Source of the DNA: Vicugna vicugna
Lineage: Eukaryota
Length of the DNA: 64,000 bases
NCBI GenBank assembly: GCA_013265495.1
Contig: MU057521.1
Coordinates: 1,872,335-1,936,334 of the forward strand
Reading direction: 5' to 3'
The notes under the pieces are model-generated. The model worked only from the letters and a program-made list of their open reading frames with translations. It searched no databases and was not told the origin of the DNA. This document shows, in pieces, positions 1-13,789 of the stretch (positions are counted from its first letter, which is position 1; the number at the start of each line of letters is the position of its first letter). The translations under genes were made by a program, and so were the position numbers.

Positions 1-809
1 TTGTTAAGGAGCCAGACATCTCCTCTAAATCGAAACATCTCAAGTCATTTAGCAGCTGATCTACAGTGTCCTGAGCTTCCTCGAGGTCAGTTAGAGGACC
101 TTATCCATTTCGTTTAGTGTTATGACTTTAACAAATGACTATTTTTTTTTCCTCTTTCTTTCTTGGTTACCAGAACTAATAAAAACTTCACGGAGATTTA
201 GAGACACCTAGCGAAATCAGGAGAGTTGGATTCCATGCCTACCTGTTCTCGTTCTCGCTGGGAAATGCCATATGCCCAGTTTTGAAAAACAGAATGGAAA
301 CCAGTCAAGGGATCGAGCATGTTGAGATCTAGCCTGCCCAGAGCGGGGAGAACTTGAAAGGTGTGAGGAATAACGTCACAGAATGTTTGGTATCTACCAC
401 CCAGCACGGAGCCTGTCTCATGTCACTCAGGGAAGCGATTACTCTTCTGGCTTCTGCCTCTGAAAACATTCAGTGAAAATTGGTGACTTGGTTGGTATTT
501 CAGACTAAGAAATGAGGGCATAGATTGAAAACAGACAGGGCTTGAAGGCTTTAGGAATGGCAGCTTTATGTCAAAATTCCAACAAAAATAGTTATCAGCT
601 GCCCCCCTCCCCTTTGCTAAGGCAGCAGGAGAATCTAGATCCAAGATTCTGTGTAATCCCTCTCTGCTAAAATTCTAACAACAACAAGCAGCTCTTTGGC
701 ACAGTTTATGCTATTCTTGGCAAGGCTCAGAGCTCAGGTGACATCAAGGGTGACTATGTAGATATATATATACAATGAAGTCAGCTTGTAATTAATTTCT
801 GTAGATTTA

Positions 810-1320
810 AAAATTAAACTGCCTAGGAGTTAAACGTTTCTGCAAGACAAGGAATAACACAAACAGGTAGTCAATGGCATATGACACAGCTGAGGCATGG
901 AGTGCTTATTTCCTTAATATATAAAGAGCCCTTAAAAGTGAATAAAAAGTAACCCAACAGAATAATGAGCTTTCACATATGTTACAAATATTTTAATCTG
1001 GCGTGATGTTTACTCTTTAATCTTTTATTCTGTGACTTTCTCAGGCTTGTATTTTATACGGTCAAATCTGTACTTCTTTCTATCACGCTTATGCTCAGAA
1101 AGGCATTCCTCATTCTGAAATACACCTATGTGATGTTGGATTTGGGGGTGGGGATTAATTTCTGATCCATCTGTAGAATTTCTTTGGGGGTGGTGATTAA
1201 AGATTTTAAAAGACTCACATTGTCCCAAGTAATTAACTGGTTGTCCCAGCTTCATTTATGGTGTGGTCCTTTCTTTCACCACTGGTGCGTAGTCACCTTT
1301 ATCATATTTTAAATGCTTAC
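810..1320. mobile_element. Old L1M fragments (plus then minus orientation)
   Basis: ccttaatatataaagagc..aataaaaag..aaccca on plus; ggttgtcccagc..catttat..cctttatcatat on minus. Highly decayed. Confidence 0.45.
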
Positions 1321-2671
1321 GTGAGCCAAAAATAACAAGTCCATTTGGTGGAGCACCGTGGATGAATCTGAGGCGTTTGCAGAGGGGTGTTTGCAACACG
1401 TGGCCGTCCTTCCTTTTCCCTCTGCCCTCCCCCCTTCCTCCCCAGAGATTACAAACAGAGGGAAGGAAGCCAGGAAAACATTAAACAAGGTCTGCTGCTC
1501 TGGATAATGTCTCGGAAGAAAAGCAGACTGGAGTTTTATGGTTTAAAAACGATTACCTGCTTCAAGAACCCTGCGAGAGAGACCGTAGCTGCCACGTACT
1601 GGGCGCCAGGCGCTGCTGTGCGCACCTCCAGGCCGGCATCACTTATCCTCAGGACCGCCCACGACGTGGGTGCTGTCATCACCACCCTGATGGTAGCGAT
1701 AAGGAAACTGGGACCAGAGACCTCATATGACTTACCCCCAAATCATTTGGAAGGACAGCGACCTAACACGTGGCTAAACCAGCCAGTCTGTAAGGTGCTG
1801 GGATCGTCATCTTCTTCAAAACACTTCCTCTCACCAAAGACATCAGGTGTCACAAACACCTGACCAGGGAGGCCCCTGACACTGGGATGCAGGGGTGCAG
1901 GGAGGCAATGCTATCTGGCGGAAACGGTCCTGGGTTAGAGAGTGCAGGTGACTTCTCTGGTTCTGAGAAATGTGGACCACCGTCCATTTCTAGGTACTCA
2001 CTGAACTCCTGTTCTCACTTCAACGCTTTTCCTTTCCAGGAAAGCGAAGAAAAAGGCTTTTCATCTATCTTTCTGCTTTACAAGGGCACAGCAGGAACTT
2101 TTTTACCACAAGAGCCGGCGGTAGCTCAGAGACTTCTGTATCTAAATCTTTGGCGATTAGTGGCCTCTTGGCTGCACGTTTGTGTTATTTATAATGAATT
2201 GTTGAGTTTGCAGACTTTTTCTGAGTGACCCAATGGGGTAGTAAGGTGACAGGCACCATGGGTACACGGTAAAGTGGGGATGTAGCCCCAGGTCAAGGCA
2301 GTGCAATATGGGACAGGCTTTGGTGACACAGGAGTCCTTGGCCTCAGGGACTTGCTTTTTTCTGTGAAATGGGGCTTGGTTGACATGAATTCAGAAGCAC
2401 CAGACAATAGATCTGGGTCAGGTATCGGCGTCTTGGATTCCTGGGCCCACTTTGTAACTTGCTGTCTTCATATCCATAATCTGTCTCAGTGTTCTTACCG
2501 GAAGATAGGAATGTCAGCACAGCTCTGCGTTTCTCTGCTGGTTACCGCGAGCATCAAATGTACGTGAATGTTCCTTGACGTGCAAAACTTGCTATAAAGA
2601 TGCAAAGTTTTACTATGGAAAACAAGAAATATTGTTAGTTGATTGTTTTTGGTGGTGATTGTGCATGTATG

Positions 2672-2700
2672 TGTTTTGTTGTTTGTTTGTTTGTTTGTTT
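2672..2700. repeat. (TTTG)n microsatellite
   Basis: tgttttgttgtttgtttgtttgtttgttt. Confidence 0.85.
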
Positions 2701-3247
2701 ACCATCTTGGCGCTAAGCAGCTGGTTTGGCTGATACAGACTTGGCTGCCCATTGACTCCGAGTCCAAAAGGCACAGCCTCTTGTTCTCCCCACCTCGGCA
2801 TCGCTTCAAACTCCCTGATGAATGGGCTGCCTCATTTTTTTGTCAGTTCAAACCACATCCTGCACATTTCCACTTTCCATAAGACAGCTCGTGACACCAG
2901 TGGTTTTAAGATTCGGCAGGCTTCTTGGTGAAGCGATAGCAGAGGCCTTTTTCACAGAAGTGGAAATCATTCATCCAGCGGTTAACATGTCAGGTCTAGG
3001 CACTGAGTTCACCCCTCATCCCTCAACTTGATCCGAACCCCTGATTTGGGGAGTGAATGGCTACTCAGTCTTCCCTCACTGTCTTGACTCTGACAGCTTT
3101 CGAGACAAAAACTCAGCACGAGGCAGCAATGGCAGAGATTACCCTGAGAGAGGGCTGCATACTGTCCAGGCTCGGCCCTGAATTCAATCAGTGGCGAAGG
3201 TGTAATCTGCAATAGTTGGAAAGGACTATGATGGTCTTCTAGTCACT

Positions 3248-3385
3248 CTACAGATGAGGAAACATCTCCATTTTACCAGTGAGGAAACTGAGTCCAGGGA
3301 TGGTCAGTGCTTTACCAAGGAGACAGAGCCTGTTAGAGGGAGAGCCTGGACTGTTCCCTGGGTCTCTGGGCCCCTGGCTCAAGTT
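3248..3385 (-). mobile_element. MIR SINE
   Basis: tacagatgaggaaac / ccattttaccagtgaggaaactgag core. Confidence 0.65.
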
Positions 3386-6300
3386 TAGTCTACATGGACC
3401 AGTTGTGCCCATATCTATAATGTAGGGACTGTTGGCATCGCTGGAATTGGTGAATTTGTCTTGGTATGTGGGTTGGGTCCGGTCCTGGAAGATGTTTGCT
3501 GGGAGCAAAGATGGGGCCAACATCAGATAGCAGATTAAGGCCATGCTCAGTTTGGCCATGTCCCAAACAGAGACACCAAGTGAAATAAATGTTTTGGAAG
3601 AATCTGACACTTGAAGAAAGAGAGAAAAAGGAGGAGGAGGAGGAGAAGCAGCGGCATTATTACTAAAGTAATCATCAGAGAAAATCGGAACTCTGGAATC
3701 CTTAAACTGAGGGTGTGGAATCATTTTTGTTTTTCAGCGCATGTTGGCAGACACTGCCGTCTCTCCATGGGAAACTGGGGCAAGTGATGGGAGGGCCATG
3801 GCCTCGAGCAGGGCTGCAGGAGGAAGCAGACCTGGGCGGCCAGTGCCCAAGGGAAGGATTCAGGACCAGCTCGAGGGGCGAGCGTCCCCACAGCCGCGTG
3901 ATGTCCAGTGTGTGTGCAGGGCCTGCTTTGTGCTTCCTTCCGGGAAGCCTGGAAGGCCAGAGCAGCCCTGGCCGTAGGAAACAGCATTTTCCAAAGACAC
4001 CTGCCTCAGAGACTTCTGACCTTGGACACTGTTTGTCACCAGGCTGAGGGCTTGCTTATCTGTCAAGGGTACACGGTGGCCTGTAAATGGTTAACTTATT
4101 AACTGGGCTTTTGAGTCTCTCTGGGAAGCCAAGGACTGAAGGAAACTCTGCACTGTCTGCGCTGTGTGTACCCGGAGCAAGGCTGGAGCTTGACGCCGAA
4201 GGGCCTCCCCCCGCCCGGGTGGGACAGGCACCCCGTGGGGAGGGCCCTGCTGCCGGCAGCCAGCACCTGGACAGGCGTCGCGGGCCTGTCCCAGCTCCGA
4301 GGGGAGGGGGCTGCAGCTCCGCTGTGGGCAGAGTACCCCCTCCGTCAGTTTAACCGACAACCCAGATAAGAGGTGCCCGGCTCCTCACAGGTTACACAAT
4401 CAACCACTTCGGCAACTGAGGGAAGAGACGAGGCCTTTCCAACCCCTCTGGTCAAAAACGAACTTCCTTTAGGGCCGTCTTCTCCACCATCTCCTCTGCA
4501 GCACCTATTTTTAGTTTCCAGGTTGGTCTGAATTTGGAGCTTGTGTGTATTTTGTGTGTGGGGAGGACAGTGGCTGAGTTTCCTTTTACTCATTCAAGCA
4601 TCAGCCTGAGGTCTGGCCTCGGCCTCTGGCTTCCTTTCCTGGTTCAAGGGGCCGTTGCTGACCGTGGACCAGGGCTGGGCACCCTGAAGGCTCAGGCCAC
4701 AGATCACATCTGGGATGAGCGGATGAGCTCGGCCACAGCGAGTTCAGCGCTGCCACCTGCTTAGTGGACTCAGAAGCCTTTTGCTCGGCCGAGAAGGAAT
4801 ATTCTCTCTGACAGCTGTGTCCTCTAACTCCCAGCCAACAGCTCGCCAGTCAGGTCCTTACCCGGCCCCGAAGCCCTCCCCTTGAAAGAGTGATTAGCCT
4901 TCCCTTCAGCTGAACTCCACCTGCACCCTCGCTCCCGTGCAATTGCTGTTCATTTATTTCCTCTCCATCACAGCCATCTGTCTGGGCAGCAAGTGTAAGA
5001 CTTCATGGAAGCAGTGAAGATATTAAACATGTGTTTTGACCTGATTATTAGCCGGTTCAGCCCTGCAATCTTAGGCTCCCGTCTCATCCATGGAGGAAGT
5101 GTACAGCCCAAGGACCGTCCATGGCAGGTTCTTTTTAAATTCCAATGTAGGATAAGCCAAAGTTGTGATTGCTCTGATAGGTTCTAAAGCTCAGGAAAAA
5201 AGAAAAAAGAATAGGAGAGGCAAACAAGCCCACAAGACTGAGAACGAGAGAGAAAGCAGAAGAGGGAGGCCAGAGTGAGGGGAGCATGGGAGGGAACCAC
5301 CCAAGTTTGCATAGGGGTTTGCTCACCTCCAGCCCTGGTGGGTTTTCTTGACCTCACACTGCAGCCCCTGGTGCAAAGCGGCCAGACACTGAGACCAGGA
5401 GAACCAGACAGCCACCAGGGTGAAGCCCTCAGGGTCCTCCTCTAGGTCTGGGCACCGGCACTGCTGGCATCACCCCAGGAATGTATGGAGGGCCATGACT
5501 GGCTTGGAGAACTCACAGTCCCTTGCTTTCTGTTCCTCTGTGCCCGGCTATGAGGGACCGATAGCCGGCTCACTACAGCCTGAGCCCATGGTCACCCCAC
5601 CTCTACTCTCTGACATCGAAGGGACGCTCACTGAAGCTCAAGTCCCTAACAAAATAGGGTCAGTCAGTTATGTGGCACATTCAAGGATGTTGAAGCCCCA
5701 ACCAGGATAAAGGCTGTGAGGGACAGTTGATGCTTGAAAACAAACCCCTATGGAGTACGTACACCTGGCAACTGTTACATTGCACTCACGCTGCCTGCAC
5801 ATCTCACCCAGGGCCACAGATGAGCGAACCAGCATCCGTGACTGCCTGGTTTTGGTCTCCCACCTCAGCTCCAGCCCCGCTGCATGGTCGCCTGGTTCCT
5901 GTTCTTTATTGGGCCTGGAGCCCTGGGGAGGGGAGGTGGGGAAGGGAGCTTTACGGACAGCCTTCCCTGTGCTAATATTTTACCATTGCTGAATGTAAAC
6001 AGGTGTGGTCCAGGAAGGTGGATCCCCAGTTGGATCTCCCAGGCTCTGCTATGCATATCGAATCCTCAACCCCCACAGTCGCTCCCACCTCTCCCCCTCC
6101 TATGAGACCACCAGTTGCTCACCAATAATTTGAAACTGTCTTTGGTGACAGAGACTCTAAGTGTTGGCAGGTTATCAGCTGGGCATGATTCCAAGAATTA
6201 AAGAGGTAAAAACAAAAGGTCGAGGGAGAGTGCTGATACAGGTTCATGGACAACCTGTCCAAGGACCCCTGGAGGCTGACTCTTCACCCAGCCCTGGATG

Positions 6301-8479
6301 TGGAGAACGAGCACGTCTTCATTGTTCTGGGTCCCTTGATCTTTCTGCGTTTCTGGCTTTGGGAGCGTCTCACTTGCTCTGCTCCCCGACTACTCACCAG
6401 CGCTTCTGATGCTCCCAGGCACCCCCAGCGCTGGCTCACCTGGGCCCACCTGGGACGCCACAGCTTCTTGTCACTGCGTGGTGGCAAGTGGGTGGACATC
6501 TGCAGTGTAAACAGATCCACCTCGGGTATGGGGACGGGAGGCAAAGAATCTCCGTTTCAGATGAACTCAGCTATAATGAAGAGGCGCTGACAGGTAGATA
6601 CAGAAACCCCACCTTCTCTCTTGGCCATTGCAGCTGATGCCGTGCGAAGTCGTCTACACCCACGATGAAGGCTGGAGGGAGGACGGTGTCACAGATTGGA
6701 ATGGGGACTTGGTGGGACTGTGTGCATGTGTGTGTCTGCATGCATGTGAATATCTGAGAGAGAAGGAGAAGGGAGCAGTCCAACCTGGCCGGAGAGGGCT
6801 GGAGTAAATTATTTCAAAAGACCCTGGTCAGTGATCAGGAGGAGTCAGGAGACAGTGTTTCTGTTGTGGAGGAGTGGAGGGCTGAGAACAGGAAACTAGA
6901 AAACCTCTTTGATTTGACTAGAATCTGGTTCCAGAATGCTCCTTGGATTCCTTGGGATCCCAACTGCATTAGAAAAGACTTTGTTGAAATAGAATTTGGA
7001 GAAAAGCCTCTATTGAGTGAAAAGGGTCAGAAGAATCAGGTACTCCTCTGAGCGGGGCCAACCCAGGCCCACGTCCGCAGAAACACGGTGGCAGCTTGGG
7101 GAGACTCCTGGCCAGGGAAGAACCGGGTCTCCCTTCCCTCGGGGCAGAGCTGGTGGTTGAGAGGTCCCAGGGAAACACTGATATGATGAAAATCTCCCAT
7201 TGGGTTACCTCCCTTTTACATCAGCTGGGAGGCATTTTCTAAGTGGACAAGAAGATGCCTGACATCAAGACTGGTGAAGCCATGGCCTCAGTCTGCTGTG
7301 TGAGGAACCCACGGCCTGCAGGGGTGACCCACGCGTCTCCAGCCAGACGGGCCTCTGTACTGAAGCCTAGGGAGAAGCAGGGTGTGGAGAGCAGGCCTTG
7401 AGAGGTGAGGGTCCCCAGGGTGCGGGGGGTCACACCTTACTTTCCAGCACCCCCAGTGCCCCTTAAGGTGACATTTCTGGACGGTGTTCCTTTTCATTCC
7501 CTGTGTGTCGCAGGATGCTGGGAGCACAGGGGTGGGAATAGTCCAGAACTGAACCTGCCTGGGTGGCTAATTCAGGTCCCCTAACCTGGATACTTAGTTA
7601 AGGCTCCTTCTTGCACAGGTGTTAAAGGGCCCCAGAGAGCAATCGGCACAGAAATGGGGCTCACTCAGTGTGTGTGGATGGTGATCCCCAAAATCAGTTA
7701 GTTGATTTTCCTCTGGTATTTGGGATATCAAAAAAGAGCAGGGTTTTGAGTTTTTTCTTTTCCCCTAGAATATGCCATCAAGGCCAGGTTTCAAAAGTTA
7801 TAGTAAATTGAGAACTAATAGGGCTTTCGAAGAGCCAGGAGGAAAATATGTTAGATTTATCCTAATTGACCCTGTCAGCTCCCCATCCCTGTAGAGCAGG
7901 AGTCTATGCGACCACATAGCTGGTAGGCTGAGGCCCCAGCACTCAAGAGTTTGCAGTCCTTATGGGGGACCAGGTGAATGTGTATGGAAACACTAGAGGA
8001 CAGTGAAGACCAAGGGTGCAGGGGAAACCTGGGTTAGGGGACTGCTGTGTGGGTGTCTGCAGGGAAGAATTCTCTCAGGAGATGAGAATGAGGTGGGCCC
8101 AGAAGGATGAGGATGGTCTTGGTAATGGGAGGGAATAGAAGGAATTCTAAATGGTTTGCAGGTGAGGAAACCGAGGTTCAGAGAGGCTTGGGCCGCAGGG
8201 TCCATAAGAGAAAGAAATAGTGGGACTTCTAGCCTTTGATGTGCCAGTGTGACTCGATGAGAGGGAAATGTCATGCGTGGTAGTTTTCAAACTTATTTGA
8301 CAACGAGACCCCATTTCTGCAAAGTGTGGACTGGTGTTCGACAGAACGCTTTTGGGAATGCTGTGATGGCTGGTCAGGGAAAGCGGGTGATACACTGGCC
8401 TGGAAGTTTGGGTGCAGAGCTGAGGCTCTTATTTCATGGACCTGTTTTCTTTCTTTGTTTTTATTTTTCAATCTTATTT

Positions 8480-8772
8480 TATTTTATTTATTAAACTATA
8501 GTTGATTTGCAATATTGTGTTAGTCTCAGTTGTACAGCTTCAGACTTTTTCCAATATAGGTTATTACAAGATATTAAATCTAGTTCCGTGTACATACGTA
8601 TATACATAGAGTAAAGCCTTATTGTTAACCTGTTTTGTATATAATGGTGTGTATCTATTAATCCCATACTCCTAATTTATCTCTCCCTTTTCCCTTTCCC
8701 CTTTGGTAACCAGAAGTATGTTTTCTATGTGTATGGGTCTCTTTCTGTTTTGTAAGTAAGCTGATTTGTATC
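8480..8772 (-). mobile_element. LINE-1 3'UTR fragment
   Basis: T-rich tail then tagttgatttgcaatattgtgttag, tataggttattacaagata, ttcccctttggtaacc: the reverse of a laurasiatherian L1 3' end. Confidence 0.8.
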
Positions 8773-10836
8773 CTTTTCCTGGTTGTGCTTTGTCGCCTTC
8801 TCTTCCCCGTAGTCTGCCGCTGCGGGGACCCTTGGGATAAATGTGTTTGCTTTCCCTATGACTGGTCTGCAGGCAGGAGGGAGGCTCACCTGGGCAGCGA
8901 CCCTTCTCTACCTTTCCAGAGGATGAGGGTGAGTTTACCCTGGGTGGCAATCTGGCCCCAAGCTTGGGAAGGGCTCTCCCCAGCCCCCCACCACACCTGT
9001 GTGCAGGTAGATGTAGGAGAGCCCTGCTCTATCTGACTAACATTCTGCCTCGGGGAATGTAGCCAACAGGGACTTTAGAACAGCCTAGGGGTTATGGCCA
9101 GATCGTAGTAAAAATGATAATCTGACTGTTTTGCTATAGAAAAGAATTCAGAATAAGGATCTTGGATTCCATCCACGTGGTGTTAGTTACAGGGGGACCA
9201 GGAGAACTGCAGGAGACGGTCTCCTTGGCGATGGTGAAACGGGGTGGGGGGGTATTTAGAGAGGGGGATGCGCCTGTTGGCATAGTTACTGGTCGCACAG
9301 CGCCCCATGGCGTGTCCCCGCTGGGAATGGAAAGATGGGCTCCAGGAACAATTCAGCAGGTTGGGAATCTGGAGAGCAGAACTTCCAGGCCCAGTCCAGC
9401 CACCGGTGGGCGGGCTGACCCCAGGGCAAATCCCTTTGTGTGGTTTCTTCATTTGGAAAGAAAAAAAAAAAGAGAGAGATAAAATCTGATCTACCTCTCA
9501 GAGATTTGGGGTGGTTTCTGTTTTGTTTTTTTGTGAAGAGCAGCTAATAAAAATGATACCAAGCCCCTCTGAAAATAAATACAAGTTCTGTGCATTTCTA
9601 GCACTAAGAGCACGGATTCTCCTTGGGATCACGGCTCCACTTACCATGATAAAATCACTGGTAAATTTCTAAAAAGTTACTCTTTTGTGCACATACCTTC
9701 TCTGTAGAAAATGGTTTTCTGTTAGAAAAAGTTAAAGGACACACCAGGCCTTTCATTTGGGGTTTATGGATTTCTTTTCCCCTGTGGAATAGCACTCTTT
9801 CTCCAGGTTTCCAGTTTGGTCATATTTCAGAAATGGCTGAACTTCAGATTCTGAAGTCTCGCTTATTTAGAAAAAAATAATGAGATTAGCAGATAAGTAA
9901 ACAAACATTTTAATTGAGACTCAAACTGTAGAAGTACTTCGGGCGGTATGGAGTTACATGTTTCCATATTCTTTGTTGGTTTGCATGAAACCAAAACCCA
10001 GAAGGTTATATTAAACATAATCGCCTAACTCCGCAGGGCCTGGAAAGAGTTTTTAACGTGGTGATTTAGACGCGAGGGATTGTGCAAAACACAATGGCAC
10101 AAATGAGTGTTTCTGCTGCTTTTGTTTCTTTCAGAAAGGAAATGAGCTCTGGGGGAGGGTAGAAAAGTACCATGTTTCAATCCCCCCACCTCCCAAAAAA
10201 GGGAAATACCTTGATAGACCTCACTGATCCCTTAGGAAAGGTAGATTTGAGTCCAGCACGGAATGAGGCCTAAATGCAGGTTTTATGTTGTGAGAACCTG
10301 GACTCGGGTGCTCAGGAGTGCTTCTAAGTTGAAGACTTTACTGCATTTGATTTTTTTTCTTTTTTTCTTTTTTGCATTTAATACACATTTCATAGACTCC
10401 GATCTTCAAAGCTTTCTGATTGATTGGCGGCGGGGAGCCAGCTCTCTCATCTAATTGGACTAAGCTCCCACTTTCCCTCCGAAAACCCAGAACATCCAGG
10501 AGGGCCAAATGGATCAGGGAAGAGATTGCTCTGCTCTCTCTCGTCTAATGTCGTGAGTTGTTGAGTTGCAACTGAAAAGTGCTCGCCGAGGTCCTCTCTG
10601 CTTTCTCCACTGGATGCTCAGTGGTCCGGCCGGTCATAAAGCAAGTGTGTGGTTTATTGGGCCCTACAACCTTCCCTTCCTCGCTCAGCCGGAAGTGTCT
10701 GAGAGCACGTTGTCAGCAGAGGAGCGCCTCTCTGTAGTCACAGTAGCTAATCGTAGGCCCAGGGCCCTCTCAGTCCTAGAACTTCAGCCTCCACCTCGCT
10801 TTTAATTTTCCTTATGTCAAAATGGATCCCTTAGAG

Positions 10837-11625
10837 TTGCCTTGTCCAATACACAGCTACTAGCCACATGGGCTATTTAAATTTAAATGAAATCAAATTA
10901 CGAAAAGATACACACATCCCAGTGTTGATAGCAGCACTGTTTACAATAGTTTACATGGAAACAACCTAAGTGTCCATTGACAGATGACTGGATAAAGAAG
11001 TTGTGATATAGTCATACAATGGAATACTACTTAGCCACAAAAAAGAATAAGATGATGCCATTTGCAACAATATGGATAGATCTAGAGATTGTCATTCTAA
11101 GTGAGGTAAGCCAGAAAGAGAAAGAAAAATAGTATATGATATCACTCATATGTGGAATCTAAAAAAAAAAAGAGACACAAATGAATTTATTTACAAAACA
11201 GAAACAGACTCACAGACACAGAAAACAAACTTACGGTTATGGGGTGGGGGAAGGGGGTGGGAAGGGATAAAATGGGAGTTTAATACTAACTACTATATAT
11301 AAAGTAGATAAACAACAAGTTTCTACTGTGTAGCACAGGGAACTATATTCAGTATCTTGTAGTAACCTATAATGAAAAAGAATACAAAAAGGAATATATG
11401 TGTATGTGTACGTATGACTGAAACATTATGCTGTACACCAGAAATTGATACAACATTGTAAACTGATTATATTTCAATTTAAAAAAAAAGGAAAAAAATG
11501 AAATCAAATTAAATCAAATTTAAAATTTAGCTTCTTAGTCACACCAGATGCTCAAGGTGGCTGCAGTAAACAGTGCAGACACTGAACACTTCTGTCATCA
11601 CAGAAAGTTCTGTTGAAACACACTG
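10837..11625 (-). mobile_element. MER3-like hAT-Charlie MITE split by the L1 insertion
   Basis: Halves 10837-10900 and 11512-11625 join into the recalled MER3 consensus. 8-bp TSD CCTTAGAG (10829-10836) / CCTCAGAG (11626-11633). Confidence 0.8.
10901..11495 (+). mobile_element. 5'-truncated LINE-1 3' end (ORF2 tail + 3'UTR + poly A)
   Basis: Typical L1 motifs (gcagcactgtttacaatag, acaatggaatactac, tatcactcatatgtggaatct, tagcacagggaactatattc) and an A tail. Perfect 16-bp TSD AAATGAAATCAAATTA at 10885-10900 and 11496-11511. Confidence 0.92.
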
Positions 11626-13789
11626 CCTCAGAGATTAGCCAGCCAAAGACTTCATCTCTGCTGAATTTTAAGAAACTGAGACCTATAAAGGTTAAATGAT
11701 GTATCCAAGTATATCCAGATATTTATGAAAATAAATTTTTTGGCTGTTTTGGAATCCCAAAGATATCCTTTATTTTGATCTTAATATTTTGAAAGAAATT
11801 TTCTGTATGAAATGCTTATTTGATTTTTGCAAGTAAAGGAGTGTAATAATATAATGATGGTCTTGCAGAGTAAGCACACTGATCCTTTTGGGAGATGCTC
11901 AACCTGGTATTGTTAATTATGTCTAAATGATTTTCCTGTTTTTAGTAACCTGTGAATTTCACAAGAGAAAGGAAGTCTAGATTATTTTTTGGAGAAACAG
12001 TGCTTTGTTTATTCCCTCTCCTGGGTTGTGCTAGTAATATTGTTGTGCTACTAAAGGCTCTTGGAAAACTGGACTCAGTTACACGAGAAGGCCAACAGGT
12101 CAGCTGTGCCCGGGAGTCACAGGGCCCATCATTATAACATCCACAGTCAATTGACATCATTGGTCAGACCGAGGCTGGGGAGATAGTGATACAGACTTAC
12201 CACACATGTGTCCGGAATGTTCTTCGTAGACACTTAGCATCACTTGGAGCCAAGACAGACAATAAATGTCTCTCTCACTCAACCATGTCTAGGATTTATG
12301 CAGTGCCTCCTGCAAGATCTCACTGGGGGCCAGAGTTCATGGTGGGTGGGAGGGCTGACACCTTGTTCAGGTGCAGAAATCAAATACAAAGAGCTACAGA
12401 GCATTAGAGCTGGGGAATTCAGGCCTCGAGGACTCCTGAAAAGGTCGTCCCCCCTGGACGAGGGGCCCAGAAACTCCCTCCGAGAGCCCCCTTTCCTACT
12501 AGGCTTCCTTGGATACAAGGAATTTGTCCCAGTGGAGATCAAAGAGAATTCTGGACAATTGTTTAAAGTTATTAATTAAGTAAAATTGATCTGCAATTAT
12601 TCTAATAGCTAACCAACCCATAGCACAGAGAGAAGATAAAGGAAAGAATCTGGGCTCACCATGGCCTTTATTAACTTCCTCTTCATAATGAATACCTCTT
12701 CTTGTGTTCTCCCAAGCCCTGGCTCACCTGTGAGCAATTAGGAGACACCAAAGAAAGTGGCAGACCATCTTTTCTTGGCACAGTGAGTTGTGTTTCTCTA
12801 ACTCTGGGGCCTTGACTTGCTGGCTAAGACACCATGAAATGCCCACATGGATGTGATTTTATTGAACGGACACTGAGGATTGGGACAGTGGCAGAAGTTC
12901 TGGCCAGTGCTCCGGTGAATTACACAGTAAGAAGGTGCATCCCAGAACAGCAAACCAACTTGGGAGGACTAAGAAAATGAGACCAAGGAAGAAAGACCAT
13001 CGTTAAATACCCTTGGGTGGGGCAAGTAAGGGCCAGAGCCCAGAAGTTCGGAGAACTAGCAAATCCGATAGTAGTGTTCTGGTCTCTTTTGTAATTCTGC
13101 CCTGTATGACTGAGCAAGGGCTCCCTGAGTTTTCTTATAGTCAAGAGGGAGGGTTAAGGTGGGGCAGAGGGCCAGGTTTTTGTGGTGATGCCCTGAGTAT
13201 CTTCGTCCTCTCAAGGTGAGCCCTTCTCCTGCCTGGACTCAGCCTGGAGATGTGCTGTGCGGTACTGGTTTCCTGAATCGGTCCTCTAGTCCACAGCGCC
13301 CTGACTGTTCTGGCTGGTGTATCCGTGTTTGTTGGAAATGATTATCGGTTAAACCAGATATTCTTCCTAACTCTTGACCTGTCATAAGGAGGACATGGAG
13401 AGAGGAGGAGCTGTAGGGAAGGCATTATCCCCGTGTGTTCTGAGGACAGAGCTAGGGAAGAATCTTAAAGACTCTAAAGTGGGAGTGATGTGGTGCATGG
13501 AAGCTGCACAGGAAGCAAGATGAAGGGAAACCAGAGAGAACTGCTGGGCTGTGGCTGTGGAAGGAGAGGCTGAGCTTTGAAGAGGGGCATCTCTGGCCAC
13601 CAGACCTCATCCCTGCAGGTGATGGTCTCCCTGAACGCCAGGGCTTCTGGATCAAGATGTGTGGGTGGCTGGGGGCTGGTGGTAATGGGGACCAACATGC
13701 CTGGGGAGGTGCAGGGGTGAAGGTTAGACTTTGCACGCATGACACAGGGCTGAGTTCGGTCATGGGGCATTACTGGTAAACTCAGAGAA

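Noticed and set aside
1..9000. Orthologues of the human icr/mcr breakpoint clusters, expected roughly 20-30 kb downstream of the mbr
   Set aside because: They cannot be placed reliably without an alignment.
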